A stretch of 64,000 nucleotides of DNA from Eledone cirrhosa (taxonomy: Eukaryota): positions 372,248,001 through 372,312,000 of the forward strand of contig OZ024740.1 of assembly GCA_964016885.1 (NCBI GenBank). The letters run 5' to 3'. The position numbers were made by a program, and so were the translations under genes. Position 1 is the first letter of the stretch, and each line of letters opens with the position of its first letter. Shown here piece after piece: positions 32,613 to 46,477 of the stretch. A model generated the notes under the pieces. The model made no database searches. It was not told where the DNA came from and saw only the letters and a program-made list of their open reading frames with translations.

Positions 32613-34858
32613 CAATATCGGAGAAAGCTTTTTAGCACATATATGCATACAGGTATATAGATACACACATAAAGCAGAATATATTATAAGGTAATTATAC
32701 ATAATTTATGCAAACACAAACACATGTTGTTTCTCACAAGCAGACATATACATGTCTGTTTTCATGTTTCTTCTGTTAATGTGTACGTAGACTTGTGCTA
32801 AAAATAATCTGAAAGAGATGCTAATTAAAAGTTTAATAGTCATTTATATTATGTTTGCGTATACGTTTAAAGCAATAATTCATGTAATATACAATACAAA
32901 AACAATATAAAAATATTAATTGAATAATTACTATCTGTCCGATAGTATTACTAGCTGTAATAATGAATGTTGATAACATTGGAAATAAGATCAATAATAA
33001 TAATATTATAAATAACAATAACAATATTTGTTTCTGGCATAATAACAAAACCAACAAAAGACATAATATTTTAAGTCACTTACTAACTGCAATGCATTTA
33101 CTTTACACAATAATAACACAGTTTATCTTACGACATTACACATATGTGAAAACATTCTGATTTATTCAATAACTTAAATAAATCGACGAAATAGAAAGCA
33201 CTAAAACTATAATTTATGTACATTTTTTATGATTTTTTCTATGAGATTTTCTTCAATTTGGAAATAAGTTTATCACTCAACTGATCCAGTCATAGGTTTG
33301 CTCTCCAGGTTCTCATAAAAATGATTTATCAGGTTTGCTATATATATTGTAGGAATATATCATAGATAATATCCTTCGTTATACATTATCGCTATTTTTA
33401 AAAATAAATTCTTGACAGATAAAAAGCAAAATAAACTCTGCGTGGCAAGTATAACATTTAATAAAGTACATAGATATATATGTTACTATTGCTGTTGTTT
33501 AGTCACACCTTTTCGCTGATTGAAAATTCCTTTCGTGACCATTGTGTCGTTTTCTTTCAGACATAGTGTATCTTGGACTACATTGTAAAAATAGTAATGT
33601 GCGATGTGAATGGAAATGAGTTATATTCTCGCGAACATTTGATCCGTAATGGCATTATCGTATGTTCGCAGAGACGTATATGAATATAAAAAGCCATTTG
33701 GTTAACACTCTGATGATTCGCTCACAGACATTGTAACCTGTCAAGTACCTCTGTCGATTTTAATGTCTGTTTTCTACCCACCAATTTATAAATTGCGCAT
33801 AAATCGATAAGAATGAATTTTAATTTAGGCACAAGGTCAGTAATTTGAAGAAAGAAGAACATCTTTTAAATTCATGCAAAGTTGACCTTTTACCTAGATG
33901 AACTAATATAAGTGATAGACAAATACCACCTAACCTACATGAATATATGCATTTCATAAGATCATTTAAAATAGAATTTAAATGAATTATGTTGGAATCA
34001 AGGTCTGATTTATGTATGGAATAAAATCATTTAGTAGCTTATATTATCAGTAAAGTTAATATTAATATCAACAACATAATTGCTTTGGTTGTGCTTCATA
34101 TTAAGTATAACATGCATGGTCACTGTTACAGAATTTTAGTAAAAGAAAATAATTTAATCTTAATTGAATATTAGCAATCTTATTCATCTGCAACGGGATA
34201 AACTGAAATTAAATTTTGAGAAAATAAGCAATCAATAGTTTGCAATCTAAAGAAGTAAAATTCGTGAAAAATACAATAAATAGCATTTAGAGTTTATAAT
34301 GAAAAATACATATATTATTATACCTCTCTACCCACCTATCACCCTACCTACCTACCTACCTACCTACCTACATATATCCATACATACATCCATACACAAA
34401 TACATACATACTGTTTAAACATATAAGCAGTTACAGTGATATGGAGGACATACACATACACAATATGAAAGAGTAGTGGTGAAATCTTCCAGTGAAAACC
34501 CCAATAAAATTCAAACATAGCGGACCAGACATAGTGATATAGAACAGTTAGGAAGTTGTAAGTATAGTCGAATCGAACTGTAAAATATTTAAAACATTTA
34601 AGAAATTCAGCGTTTAATAACTGTATACACACGTGTATAGATACAGAAATACATGCATGTGTACACATATGGCTCAAAGCATACACATCCATATGCAATA
34701 ACACCCATACCTGTACTCTCTCACACACACACACACATATATATATATACAAGCATATATACATAATTACGTAGTTGATATCTAAATTCCCACGAAAGAG
34801 TTTTGTTTCTATGATAGAAAATGGCTCTCTCTCTATTGGTAGTAATTTATAAAATAAT

Positions 34859-35029
34859 TGTTTCTTTTTTGGCACAAGGCCAGCAATTACCCAGTGCTTT
34901 AGTTTATCGACCCCATAAAGGATGAAAGGCAAAGTTAACCTCGACGGGATTTGAACTCAGACCGTAAAGAGACGTAACTGTGCTGGAAAGCATGGTCCCC
35001 GACTCTCTAACGATACTGCCAACTCGCCC
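34859..35029 (-). mobile_element. tRNA-derived SINE with a 13-bp TSD
   Basis: Same family as 3851-4040. TSD tttataaaataat at 34846-34858 and 35030-35042. Confidence 0.9.
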
Positions 35030-35805
35030 TTTATAAAATAATATAACCAGTACAAACACACAAATAGAAACATGATGATACATACATATACACACACATA
35101 CATACATGCATCCATGATGTATCTGTTTAACAGAAACAGGAAGAATACATTTTGTAACTTATTGAAAATACTTCAAAGGAAATTAAAAAAAAAAAGAGAA
35201 CGAGGGAGAAATGTAAGGATAACAGCCAGTGATACCTACAGCGTTATCCATTTCTCTTCAGTGCTACCACCTCAGGCATGATGCCCTCACAACTTGTCTA
35301 GGGAAAATATCAGTCCTGGGATCAGGGATACCAAAGGTTATTTGCCGCTTCCTTTTGTTACGGGTGGTGCTGCCCGGATTTGTAGCCGAAGCAATGTAGT
35401 TTCAACCGGAAATGGTGTACAATCACGTGAGGACCCAGATCACTGTTATCACCAGTGGTATACTGCTTAGGAAGTTACTGTCACTAGGTTGAAGGTGGAG
35501 GGGCTCCCGTTCTGACGGGAAATCTGTTGCATCAAAACATTCTTCTGACTACGTCATTCAAGCAGTGTACCGAGGGTATTGGCCTGCACTGTAATGACAA
35601 CTGAACGTAGGTAATTCGAATTCGTCGACCATGGCTCCACGACAGCAGTTAGAGAAATCTAGTCAACTCGAAACAGGTAACGTTAGATATGTACACGTAA
35701 ATCTTGTCAGGAAGACGTACATGTCAGGTTTACTCATATTTGATTACACCCATCTTTAAAATATTTGATAAATATATATATATATATATCAACTAGAAAT
35801 TGATT

Positions 35806-35882
<77 letters not shown>

Positions 35883-36174
35883 CATAAACATATGAAACAA
35901 TCACAGGGAATGATTTGTAAAAGTGTGTAAGCACACACAGCTAGGTAGGTAACTAATTAATGTTTAACTAGAACTTTAAATATAGATACTTTTTAAAATG
36001 ATTAATCTTCCTTGTATATATTTCATTAAAGAAATATATTTCACCATCAATCGGTCGGTAAATCACATCAGTCAAATCTCGGTTTTTCAAGAAGGGAGAA
36101 GATTTAACTATCTGTGTTTACACAGCAAATGCAAATCTGTGAATGACCAGCAGCACGTGTTGCATTTTTTTTAA

Positions 36175-36629
36175 AATACACACATCGTACCAGCTTCATC
36201 CCAGTGGCGTGAATAGGATTATCGACAACTAGAAATAGCAGCCGAGTCCTTTCAACTGAGTTAGCTCTACAATTAAGGGGCCGTATATATATCCAAAATT
36301 AAATTAAGGGTGTAATGTCCGAGAGATATGGATATGTCAAATTATTCCCTGTGATTGTTTCATATATTTATTTTAGATATATATATATATATGTCAATCA
36401 ATTTCTAGTTAATATAAAATGCTCGGATCTATTCATTGGAATCTTTGAGCATATTCTACAGTGGATATGGCGCATGTCTCTCGGCCATGACACCCTTAAT
36501 TTAATTTTGGATATATATACGGCCCCTTAATTGTAGAGCTAACTCAGTTGAAAGGAGTCGGCTGCTTTTTCTAGTTGTCGATAATCCTAATCCCGCCACT
36601 TGGATGAAGCTAGTACGATGTGTGTTTTT
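36175..36629. repeat. ~150-bp-arm inverted duplication whose spacer is itself an inverted copy of 35785-35915
   Basis: 36175-36326 is the reverse complement of 36477-36629 with few mismatches. The spacer ttccctgtgattgtttcatat...atgtcaatcaatttctagtt is the reverse complement of 35785-35915. Confidence 0.88.
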
Positions 36630-38399
36630 CTATATATTGTAAAAGACTTCCATACTGAATTTATCGAACAAAATATCTCGAATATAGTATTGGCACATAA
36701 TTTATAGGCCTTTGCGTGGAGTATGAACTCCGGTGGGGGAAGGAAGACAAATTAAAATATTGTAAGGGATTTAAATAAATAATTCACACATTTTCCTAAC
36801 TTACTATTCTTTTAAAGCATTTTCTGTAAAAATGCCTGATACAAAATATAATGCAAGCATTCAATGCGAAATACTGTTCAGTTCAATATATGTTAACTCA
36901 GCAATATATACTATACATTTAGGATAAACAATTATATTTTACTTTCATTTCATTCGAAGAATCATTATTTTCCATAGATAGTTTTTACCCATACATTAAA
37001 TCTAATTAGACACAAGCCGTTAATGGTATTTTCACAAAGCTACAGAAGCACATTCCAAATGATGTAAGCTAAGGACATTTCATTTGTTATTGTTTTATTT
37101 ATCAATGTATAAATGTTAATTCATTCATAACCTATGTAACATTTACATATATTTTCTTTTTCTGTGTAATTATTTTAGACTTCATACGTGCTGTTGACAT
37201 ATATTGTAGAGATCTCACCTAATGACATTTTACTATCTAGTTTGATACATGTTGTTGTCTAACCCAGTTAATCATGATCGAATTGACTTTTGATGAATAA
37301 TTAATTCTGCCGTGCTGTGACCAGTAATGCTTTTGTTATACTTGGAATCTTTTATAGATGATCATTTCATATTTCTATTTTACTTACAGCTATAGTCAAC
37401 TATATGTCTGCGTATTCATGATATATGCAATACAATGGGAGCTGGACTTGTCTTGTCCGACAGGGAATATTTAGGCAAAATTTACAAAATAGTTTAGGCG
37501 AAATTCATGGTGGTGATCATAAATTGTGGGTAGTGGATTACACTAAAGAGAAAAATGGGAATAGTATATGAATAATGTACATATCGATAGAGATAGTGAT
37601 AGAGAACATTTGGCTAGAGACAAACAGCGTGTTAGCGGAGAGAATGACTATCGATCAATGCTTCAATTTGAAGTACGATGGATGCGTTGTATTTGCTTGC
37701 GCGCACCTATCGAATAACTAAACCAATAAAGTTGTTTGATGCACCCGGGTAAGAGAAGAGAAACATAAAACAAATGCACATTTCAAATTCAGACGTCTCT
37801 CACTGGGTGCAAGCTATCTGATTGCAAGCAGATGTGTAACGTTTATGCATCATTTGGTCAAAATATTCTGGAGAAGCAAAAACCTCGATGGAGCCGACAT
37901 CAATAGTTACATCGTGTGTGTGCCACATGTCTCGTTCCAAGATACAATGTGTTCCAGAATGTTAACAAAATGGTCGATTTGTTAGCCGTGTTAGAAATAA
38001 ATTGCCTCGATTACTCTGGGAGCGGTAATGATACGTATTAGATTGTTCGATACCGTTTTCGCAACTCTTTATTGCAACTGGCAGGAGACTGGAAGCATTA
38101 GTAGATGTGAGCAAAGACGCATTGGCGCTGCAGTGGAATGAACCGAGAGAGAGAGAGAGAGAGAGAGAGAGTAACATCACACCCGTAATACTGCTCAATA
38201 CAAACGTAAATGTTGTGGCAAATGTATTCTCCAATGAGTTGATGCTTCTCGGGGGTAGAATTATCGGGGACGCGCAAAACGTCTCATGACAGCACCACTT
38301 ATGCAATAAATTGTATAGTGGGTCAGTAATAAAACTGTTTTTTGTAACGTGCTGATTAGTTAGAATAAATCTAACCCAGGGGTGAATATCGCTACATAA

Positions 38400-38580
38400 G
38401 AAGCAACCGATTTGCCCCCGTCTGTGGAGGTTGGTTTGATGCTGAGAGCGGCATGGCTGGAATAAAAATTAGTGCCACGAAAACTGAGAAAATCGTCCTC
38501 TCAAGGAACATACACAGTGCATTCTACATGTGAATGGAGTTCCACTGAAGCAGGTAGAGAAATTCAAGCATCTCGGGTGA
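38400..38580 (+). mobile_element. Short LINE reverse-transcriptase fragment (RTE/L2-like, domains 6-7)
   Basis: Translates to FDAESGMAGIKISATKTEKIVLSR..CILHVNGVPLKQVEKFKHLG. Confidence 0.6.
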
Positions 38581-39037
38581 TTAGAGAAGCTTAGAAAGGA
38601 AATAATCATTGTTTAGTTTGAGAGGAGATGTGTGTGCATGTATGTGTGTGCGTGCGTGTTTGTGCGAGCAAGTATGTGCAATGGTTTGAAGGATGGGCGT
38701 TGGATCGTGACTGCGTTGGTTGTTGTCAGAGTTTCTAGGTATGAGTGAGCGCGTACGCTTTTGAATTGACCAACGTAGGAGGTATATATGTATGTATAAC
38801 ATATTCTACATATACATACATAAATACACACACGTAGAAACAGTCGTAGAAGAGTTGTATAGGAAAGAAGGCGGTATATATATTATTTCATTTAATTTTA
38901 TGTGCTTATATTATCAATTATTAATGTCTTAGCATATTGTAGAAAGTCTTCGCTCCACTGCTTGTTTGTGTATATATCCACTTGTATATTACACCAAATG
39001 TATATAGCCCCGTTCAATATCGTGCCGTTATATATGC

Positions 39038-39122
<85 letters not shown>

Positions 39123-39175
39123 GTATATATATATATATATGCATATATATATATATACATATAAATATATATATG

Positions 39176-39221
<46 letters not shown>

Positions 39222-39255
39222 TATATATGTATGTATATATATCTATATCTATATA

Positions 39256-39348
<93 letters not shown>

Positions 39349-39349
39349 G

Positions 39350-39525
39350 TCATAGATATGTCCCAAGGCTCTGACACCATCACCACTATAAACACAGAGC
39401 TGGCATATCTAAGAACTGAGTAACTGCCTGATGAGGTCATAGCCATTCAATGGCTATCATCGAAATATATATAGCAGTAAATAAAGGATTATGAGTTCAT
39501 GCAATTGACTTATGTTTCGTCACTA
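39350..39525 (+). mobile_element. PLE 3' terminal fragment between (TA)n tracts; an inverted copy lies at 60001-60170
   Basis: Near-identical reverse-complement copy at 60001-60170. Carries a hammerhead motif followed by AATAAA. Confidence 0.75.
39423..39478 (+). ncRNA. Type I hammerhead ribozyme motif (canonical core)
   Basis: actgc CTGATGA ggtcATAGCCAttcaaTGGCTATcatc GAAA tatata TA gcagt. Confidence 0.8.
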
Positions 39526-39527
39526 TG

Positions 39528-39625
<98 letters not shown>

Positions 39626-39956
39626 ATATATATATATATATGTTATATGTTAGATATATATATGTTATATATATATATATAAGTTATATATACAGTTATG
39701 TGCATATATGTATGTATATTTTTATATGTATAGATATATATGTGTGTATGTGTGTGTGTGTATTTCCTTTTCTCACTAGTCAGTTCTTTCGTTGCTACAG
39801 ACCACGCGTCTGAAATACCAGTCGGTATTTTCAATTGGCAAAGCCCTTTAAAATGTATGTTATTACTCTGAGGTCTATTCCTTGTCGAGTGCTTGGCTGC
39901 ATTGCTGAACGCATTCGTTGGCTTAGCTGCTGATCGAACTTCAAATCTGCTGTACT

Positions 39957-39993
<37 letters not shown>

Positions 39994-40009
39994 ATATATA
40001 TATATATAT

Positions 40010-40122
<113 letters not shown>

Positions 40123-40224
40123 GTATATATATATGTATATATATAATTATATATATATTTGTGTCTGTGTGTGTGTGTGTCTGTGTGTTTGGGAATGTGC
40201 GCTAGTGGGAAAATAAATGAAAGA

Positions 40225-40229
40225 TTTCT

Positions 40230-40261
<32 letters not shown>

Positions 40262-40392
40262 TTCTTCTTCTTCTTCTTCTTCTTCTTGCTTTGTCGGTTT
40301 TTCTCTCTTATTTATCAATCAGATTCTTTAATGTTTCTTACAAAGATATGCTACTCCATCGCAAAGAAAATATCGGGCCAGAAAATCAATAT

Positions 40393-40472
<80 letters not shown>

Positions 40473-40500
40473 TTATTATTATTATGATTATTATTATTGA
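40225..40500. repeat. (CTT)n at 40225-40286 and (TAC)n/(TAT)n at 40390-40498
   Basis: Seen directly. Confidence 0.93.
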
Positions 40501-40796
40501 AAAAAACAAAATTACTTAGATATCCTTTCTGATGAAAGATGAAAGATGAAAGATTGAATAGTAAAAAAATTCCATACGAATATAAGTCAGGAATCTTCTG
40601 TACACATACTAAATCAAATATACAATAACAGGCACAAGAATTAAAATATGTATTTTATATGGGTAGCTACACACACACACAAACACACACACACACACAC
40701 ATACATATATATATGTACTTGCACACATAATCACACAAACATGCCCACAAAAACACATGTATACACTCAGAAACAAACAGACATATATGTATATAC

Positions 40797-40831
<35 letters not shown>

Positions 40832-40836
40832 CACAG

Positions 40837-40928
<92 letters not shown>

Positions 40929-41211
40929 AGGTATTTTCAAAGATACTGATGAATAATTATAGTATCAATTTGTAGTAAAGAATTGAAAAATATTCAAACA
41001 AAAAATGTCATATGGTCAGCATATTTCTCATATGGACAATGTTTGCTTCTACACCAGTGTCCTTCGCAGAATTCTTTCTATGTGTATTTACAATTGGGTT
41101 CATCTAACCATTTATCTATCTTTCTCATTCAACCACTTCCCCATATTGCTTTCATCTGTAATTATATACAATCACACACAGAGAATCATGCACGTACCTA
41201 CGCTTACACAC

Positions 41212-41242
<31 letters not shown>

Positions 41243-41296
41243 TGTATGTATGTATGTATGTATGTATGTATGTATGTATGTATGTATGTATGTGTG

Positions 41297-41890
41297 CATG
41301 GTCAGGTCACCAGTTGGTGCTACTGGTAACATGTATTCCAGTACAACCTGTCTCATGGTCCGGTCGTTGGCGACTAAACTGGCAACCCCACCAAGGTTTC
41401 TTGGTGAGGAGGGTGACTTTGGACATCCTGCAGGACTAAAAACAAAACCTGTCAAAGGGCAAAGGAGCTCTTAAGAGTCAATGGCCATCCAAAATCACCG
41501 GGAGAGATGACCCCTTAGCCTTTGTCAAGGCAGAATTCTAGGAGAAGGAAAACTCTGATATAACACCTGCAACCCTGTTGGTATCCAATGATGTTGACTT
41601 GTTCTTCTTTTTGGTAAATATCATCTTGGTTAAGAGAGTGGGACTGGCTTTGTGCAGTGCTTTTGCTCACTATAAAAGCATCACGGCACAGGCATTGCTT
41701 TATATCTGGAGATCTCTCTGCACTTGTCATCACATGGTACCATGGGCCCAGTACTATGTGTCAATAATTGTCACAAGTGTAGTGTTTGTACCAGCGTTTT
41801 CAAGTCGAGGACTGGACTAAAAAGTCACACTTGTTCAGCGCATCGGTAGGGGTTCTCCTTCTTGGATATAAAGTAGCGGCCAACGAGTTG
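41297..41890 (+). mobile_element. Internally deleted RTE-like element between (ATGT)n tracts
   Basis: The 5' part has ctaggagaaggaaaactctga, resembling RTE 5' UTRs (from memory). The 3' part encodes CSVCTSVFKSRTGLKSH, similar to the C-terminal C2H2 finger of RTE ORFs. Confidence 0.5.
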
Positions 41891-42184
41891 GCAGCCACCA
41901 TGCATGTATGAATGCATGTATTTATGTATGCATACATCTATGAATGTATGTATGCCTATATGTATGTATGTATGTATGTATGTATATATGTAACTATGCA
42001 TGCATGTATGTATATATGTAACTATGCATGTATGTAACTATTCATGTATGAATGTATGTACGTATGTATGTATTGTTCTCTGCGCGGATATTATTTACAT
42101 AATTCAAATTTTTACATATATAATATAAATAGTAACAAACTGGTTAGTGAATGTTGAGAAGATTTATGCCTATATACACACACA

Positions 42185-42565
42185 CATATTCTAATATTTT
42201 TCCTTAGTCTTTCCATGCTCTGGATGTTTAGGTTCCTAGCTATAAGTAACGTGTCGTCCCTATACATTCCTCCTTGGAGGTTACTGAATTCCTTATGTAG
42301 GTGGTGTGCTATGAATAGCCCCACAATATCTGTAATTTGCGCAGAATCATTTGATCTCATTGTAATATCGAAGCTATTTATTCTATCTTTTCTTACCCAG
42401 TAGTTATTTTCAAATTTTACGATAGTCCTTCTAGCCGCTATTATTATTTCAATTTCATCATGGGTAAGATCAGAGTTATTTTGGGCAAATATCAGCGCCT
42501 TATCTAGGGTAGCTGGGGATATGGATGCATAATAGTCGTCTATATCAAATTGTATGAAGATACAT
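42185..42565 (-). mobile_element. Penelope-like (Hydra-type) reverse transcriptase fragment
   Basis: CIFIQFDIDDYYASIS...FDITMRSNDSAQITDIVGLF...GGMYRDDTL correspond to PLE RT motifs (FDIxxxYxSI, FDVTMGSxDGAE, GLYRDD). Confidence 0.8.
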
Positions 42566-42724
42566 TATATACCCCCCACCTAAGTAATGTCAGGGTCTCC
42601 TTAAATAATTTATTGATAGCATTGTTGTAATTGTTGTTATTGTTCTAATTGAATGCCATTACTACTCCATATAGTAGCCTGTATTTTCTTTTCTTTTCTT
42701 GCCTGTGTATTTTCTTCATTCTCG

Positions 42725-42837
42725 CATGCTCCGAAGATCTGACTGGTTATAATTCTGTATTGGCGATCGAGTAACGCAAAATTAAGCGGATAGCGATCTC
42801 TAGACATACCAGTTCAGTGAAACAAATGTAAGCTATG
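42725..42837 (+). ncRNA. Type I hammerhead-like motif, CCGAAGA (U4C) core, extended stem II
   Basis: catgct CCGAAGA tCTGACTGGT...ACCAGtTCAGt GAAA caaatg TA agctatg. Confidence 0.55.
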
Positions 42838-43078
42838 TGATTAAAAACTTTTTTGTATAGCAAACCATGTAAACCTTCTTTCCTGATTTATTATTACTCC
42901 AAGTGTTTACAACATAGGAATTACAGCATACCCGCAGCATCACTATGAAAACGCCTTGCTGAGTCAAACCAAGCCAAGCGTTAATATCATCCACTACCTG
43001 GAATACCATAACTGGACTTCACCTAAGTGGACTGCATTTAACTATTATTTGTTAATCCGTATATATATATATATATAT

Positions 43079-43152
<74 letters not shown>

Positions 43153-43352
43153 ATATATATATATATGCATGCATACTTGCATACATACATTGGTATGTGT
43201 GCATGTGCTTCTATGAATATATGTATGCACGTATGTATGCGTGTATGTATATATATATGAATTTTTATGTATACACACACACAGACATACACATATATAT
43301 AAATATATACATACACACACACATGCATATATATATATGCACATATCTATTC

Positions 43353-43422
<70 letters not shown>

Positions 43423-43927
43423 TCTTTTTGTCTATGTAGATTTGTGTTATTTTAGTTAATATGGGGCACTATTATATGGATAGAGATCTATGTGTATTCT
43501 GAATGATAGAAACATATTACAATATATATTGACGTTGCAGTGGAAACAATTATATTTGGAATTATACATAGATTTAGATAAAAAATTGTATCTTAAAACT
43601 TGACGTCCTATATTTTGGGAATCTCTATTTTTTACAATCTAATTGGTTGACATAGGTTTTCTCAATCCCGCAACTTCTGATTGTAAGTTTTGAAGTATGC
43701 GTGTTCATATATATATATATATGTATATATGTACATATATATATATATATATATATATTTAAGAAACAGCCGTACTATGAGTGGGAAATCAAGTTTCGTT
43801 TCATTTTTTCCGTTTATCGTTTTCGGTGCACCCGGCCGATTAAACCACTCGATGTGAAAATTGGGGTACTCAGCCGTTAATATGCATAAGGTAAGTATAT
43901 ACGTTAAACAATCTGGCAGGAAGGTAT

Positions 43928-43970
43928 ACGTTGCTGACGATAGCTAATAAGCTTGAAACTAGTACAGCGT
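43928..43970 (+). ncRNA. Minimal type I hammerhead ribozyme motif
   Basis: acgttg CTGACGA tAGCTaataAGCTt GAAA ctag TA cagcgt: 6-bp stem I and palindromic stem III. Confidence 0.8.
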
Positions 43971-44224
43971 TCCTTTGTCAGTGTTGAACAAACGAGCAAA
44001 GGTGGTTGCTGGACACTACGGCTTAATACGGGATGTTTGTTTACAAACACACCGAGCATTATAATAAATGTTCAGTGAATCCATACGTACATATATATAT
44101 ATGTGCATGTATGTATATATATATACATACTACTGTACGTCTGTATACATATATAATTGTACGTGTACATACTTAAATATATATACATTCATATATATTA
44201 CTATATATATACATATGTATATAT

Positions 44225-44286
44225 ATAGGAAAAAGTATGACCACGACGGCAGAGATCAAGCCGTTCAGACGGCTATTTCAGGACTC

Positions 44287-44345
<59 letters not shown>

Positions 44346-44368
44346 TATATATATAGTAATAAATATGA

Positions 44369-44410
<42 letters not shown>

Positions 44411-44420
44411 ATAAATATGA

Positions 44421-44508
<88 letters not shown>

Positions 44509-44720
44509 AATAAACTAAAATAAGTAATTCAAATATTTAAAATTTATTACTGCTATATATATTTCGGTGATAGCCATATATATATATGGGAAAATATTTA
44601 ACCCCGACAGCAGAGCTCAAGCCGTTTCAGTCCAGAAATAGCCGTCGAAACGGCTTGAGCTCTGCCGTCAAGGTTAAACATTTTCCTATTACCCACTCTA
44701 CAACCCCAAGTATTGAGTAC
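44225..44720. repeat. Fragments of a dispersed inverted-repeat family (gccgtcgaaacggcttgagctctgccgtcggggtcatactttttcctat), also at 58945-59900
   Basis: 44588-44628 pairs with 44647-44687. A single arm lies at 44225-44290. Confidence 0.75.
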
Positions 44721-44803
44721 TTTGGTGCGTTATTGTCCATCTGGTTCTTTATCACACCTCCTTCGTTATATATGTATGTATCTATATATATATATATATA
44801 TAC

Positions 44804-44841
<38 letters not shown>

Positions 44842-45003
44842 ATACTTGGGGAGGGTCATGTTGAAATAAAATTGCCAGAAATAATAACAGAACACGCTCA
44901 CTGTTGAGTTGCTGTTCGCTTCTGTATCGTTTATATCTCCACAGTTAATTCCTTTGGTCCTCAATGTTTATCATTGACTGACCGACACACACACACAGAC
45001 ACA

Positions 45004-45089
<86 letters not shown>

Positions 45090-45110
45090 ATAGTAAATAT
45101 AGTAAAAAGA

Positions 45111-45590
45111 AAAAAGACAGTAGAAAATGCTTATGGGATTATTCTCATGCAATAATGGAATAAGTGCAATATATTTATTAAAAAAAAGGAATTTCCATAT
45201 TTTTCTTACCGGTTTCGAAGTCAACACCAAGAATATAGAACGTGGTAATTCCTCTGGTAAATGTACTACCACTGCAGCAGTTATAGTCAACACCAATAGA
45301 GAAAGAGAGAAAGCGATACACAAAAATGTGAACCCTTCCCTATATATATGTATTTAAACCATGTTATTTTATACATGTTCTTATTAATATACAATTTAAC
45401 TACATTATAAATTTCATTATACACTTCCATAGCATGAAGAGGCCCTTAGGCTGAAACCGGTACGAAAAATACGGAAATTCCTTTTTTGTAAATAATTGTT
45501 TTGCTGTTATTCCATGAGAAAATCGTATAAGCATTTTCTACTGTCTTTTCTTTTTTACTATTATATATATCAACTCGTGTGTCACTTCTC
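45111..45590. mobile_element. Head-to-head pair of PLE 3' ends (arms ~45111-45216 and 45453-45549) with a degenerate hammerhead at ~45434-45462
   Basis: Arms are imperfect reverse complements. Motif ATGAAGA ggccctTAggct GAAA ccgg TA. Both sides abut (TA)n. Confidence 0.6.
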
Positions 45591-45597
45591 AGCATCC

Positions 45598-45692
<95 letters not shown>

Positions 45693-45758
45693 TCATACAT
45701 ATACATTCATACATACACACACACATTCATACATTCATACGTACACTCACACATAGAT

Positions 45759-45820
<62 letters not shown>

Positions 45821-45940
45821 ATAAATATGAACGTATATATACATATATATATACAAAATGGTCAGCATTTTCTTTTTCTTTTTACTAATATATATATATA
45901 TATATATATAAAAGAATAGAGGTGTAACACACGAGTTATG

Positions 45941-46438
45941 ATATATTGGTAAAAGGAAAAGATAATGCTGACAAATTGTTCCCAGTGAAAAATACTTTAA
46001 TTAGGAATAAGTAAAAATTAGTAATAGTATTGGTTAGTATTTAGTTTTGGTTTTAAGTTTTACCGGTTGCGCATTTCTAATGCTTTTCAAAAGTAATTTT
46101 GAGATAGAGCGCCCGTGATGTTTGCTCTAATCTGATTAGTTTTGGAAATTCTACCTGTTTTATGTTAAAAAAAGGTGGCTTCAGATGTATGAAAATACTC
46201 TTGTGGTCAAAACAATTTTGATTGGTCGGTAGAGGTCTTGTGAATGTTAAAAATTGATTTTGCGCCAAAAGTAGGTTTGTCTCGGCTGATTGAGAAGTCA
46301 CTGAAAAATATGTCTTTGAAGATAAATATGTATGTGTGTGTGTAGTAGTAGTAGTAACGAGGTTCGTTGTTGTTATAATGGTCAGCAGGGATGTGTGTGC
46401 GAACAGCAGCCTGTTGACAGTTCAAATGCCTATTAAGA

Positions 46439-46477
<39 letters not shown>

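Noticed and set aside
45210-45340. Hydrophobic minus-strand ORF (CIAFSLSLLVLTITAAVVVHLPEE) with a GTAAG donor, a possible M2 exon of the receptor
   Set aside because: No GEK-x-L-x-x-T-x-L-L pattern and no terminal PLI(G). The apparent donor is part of a PLE terminal repeat (gaaaccggtaag).
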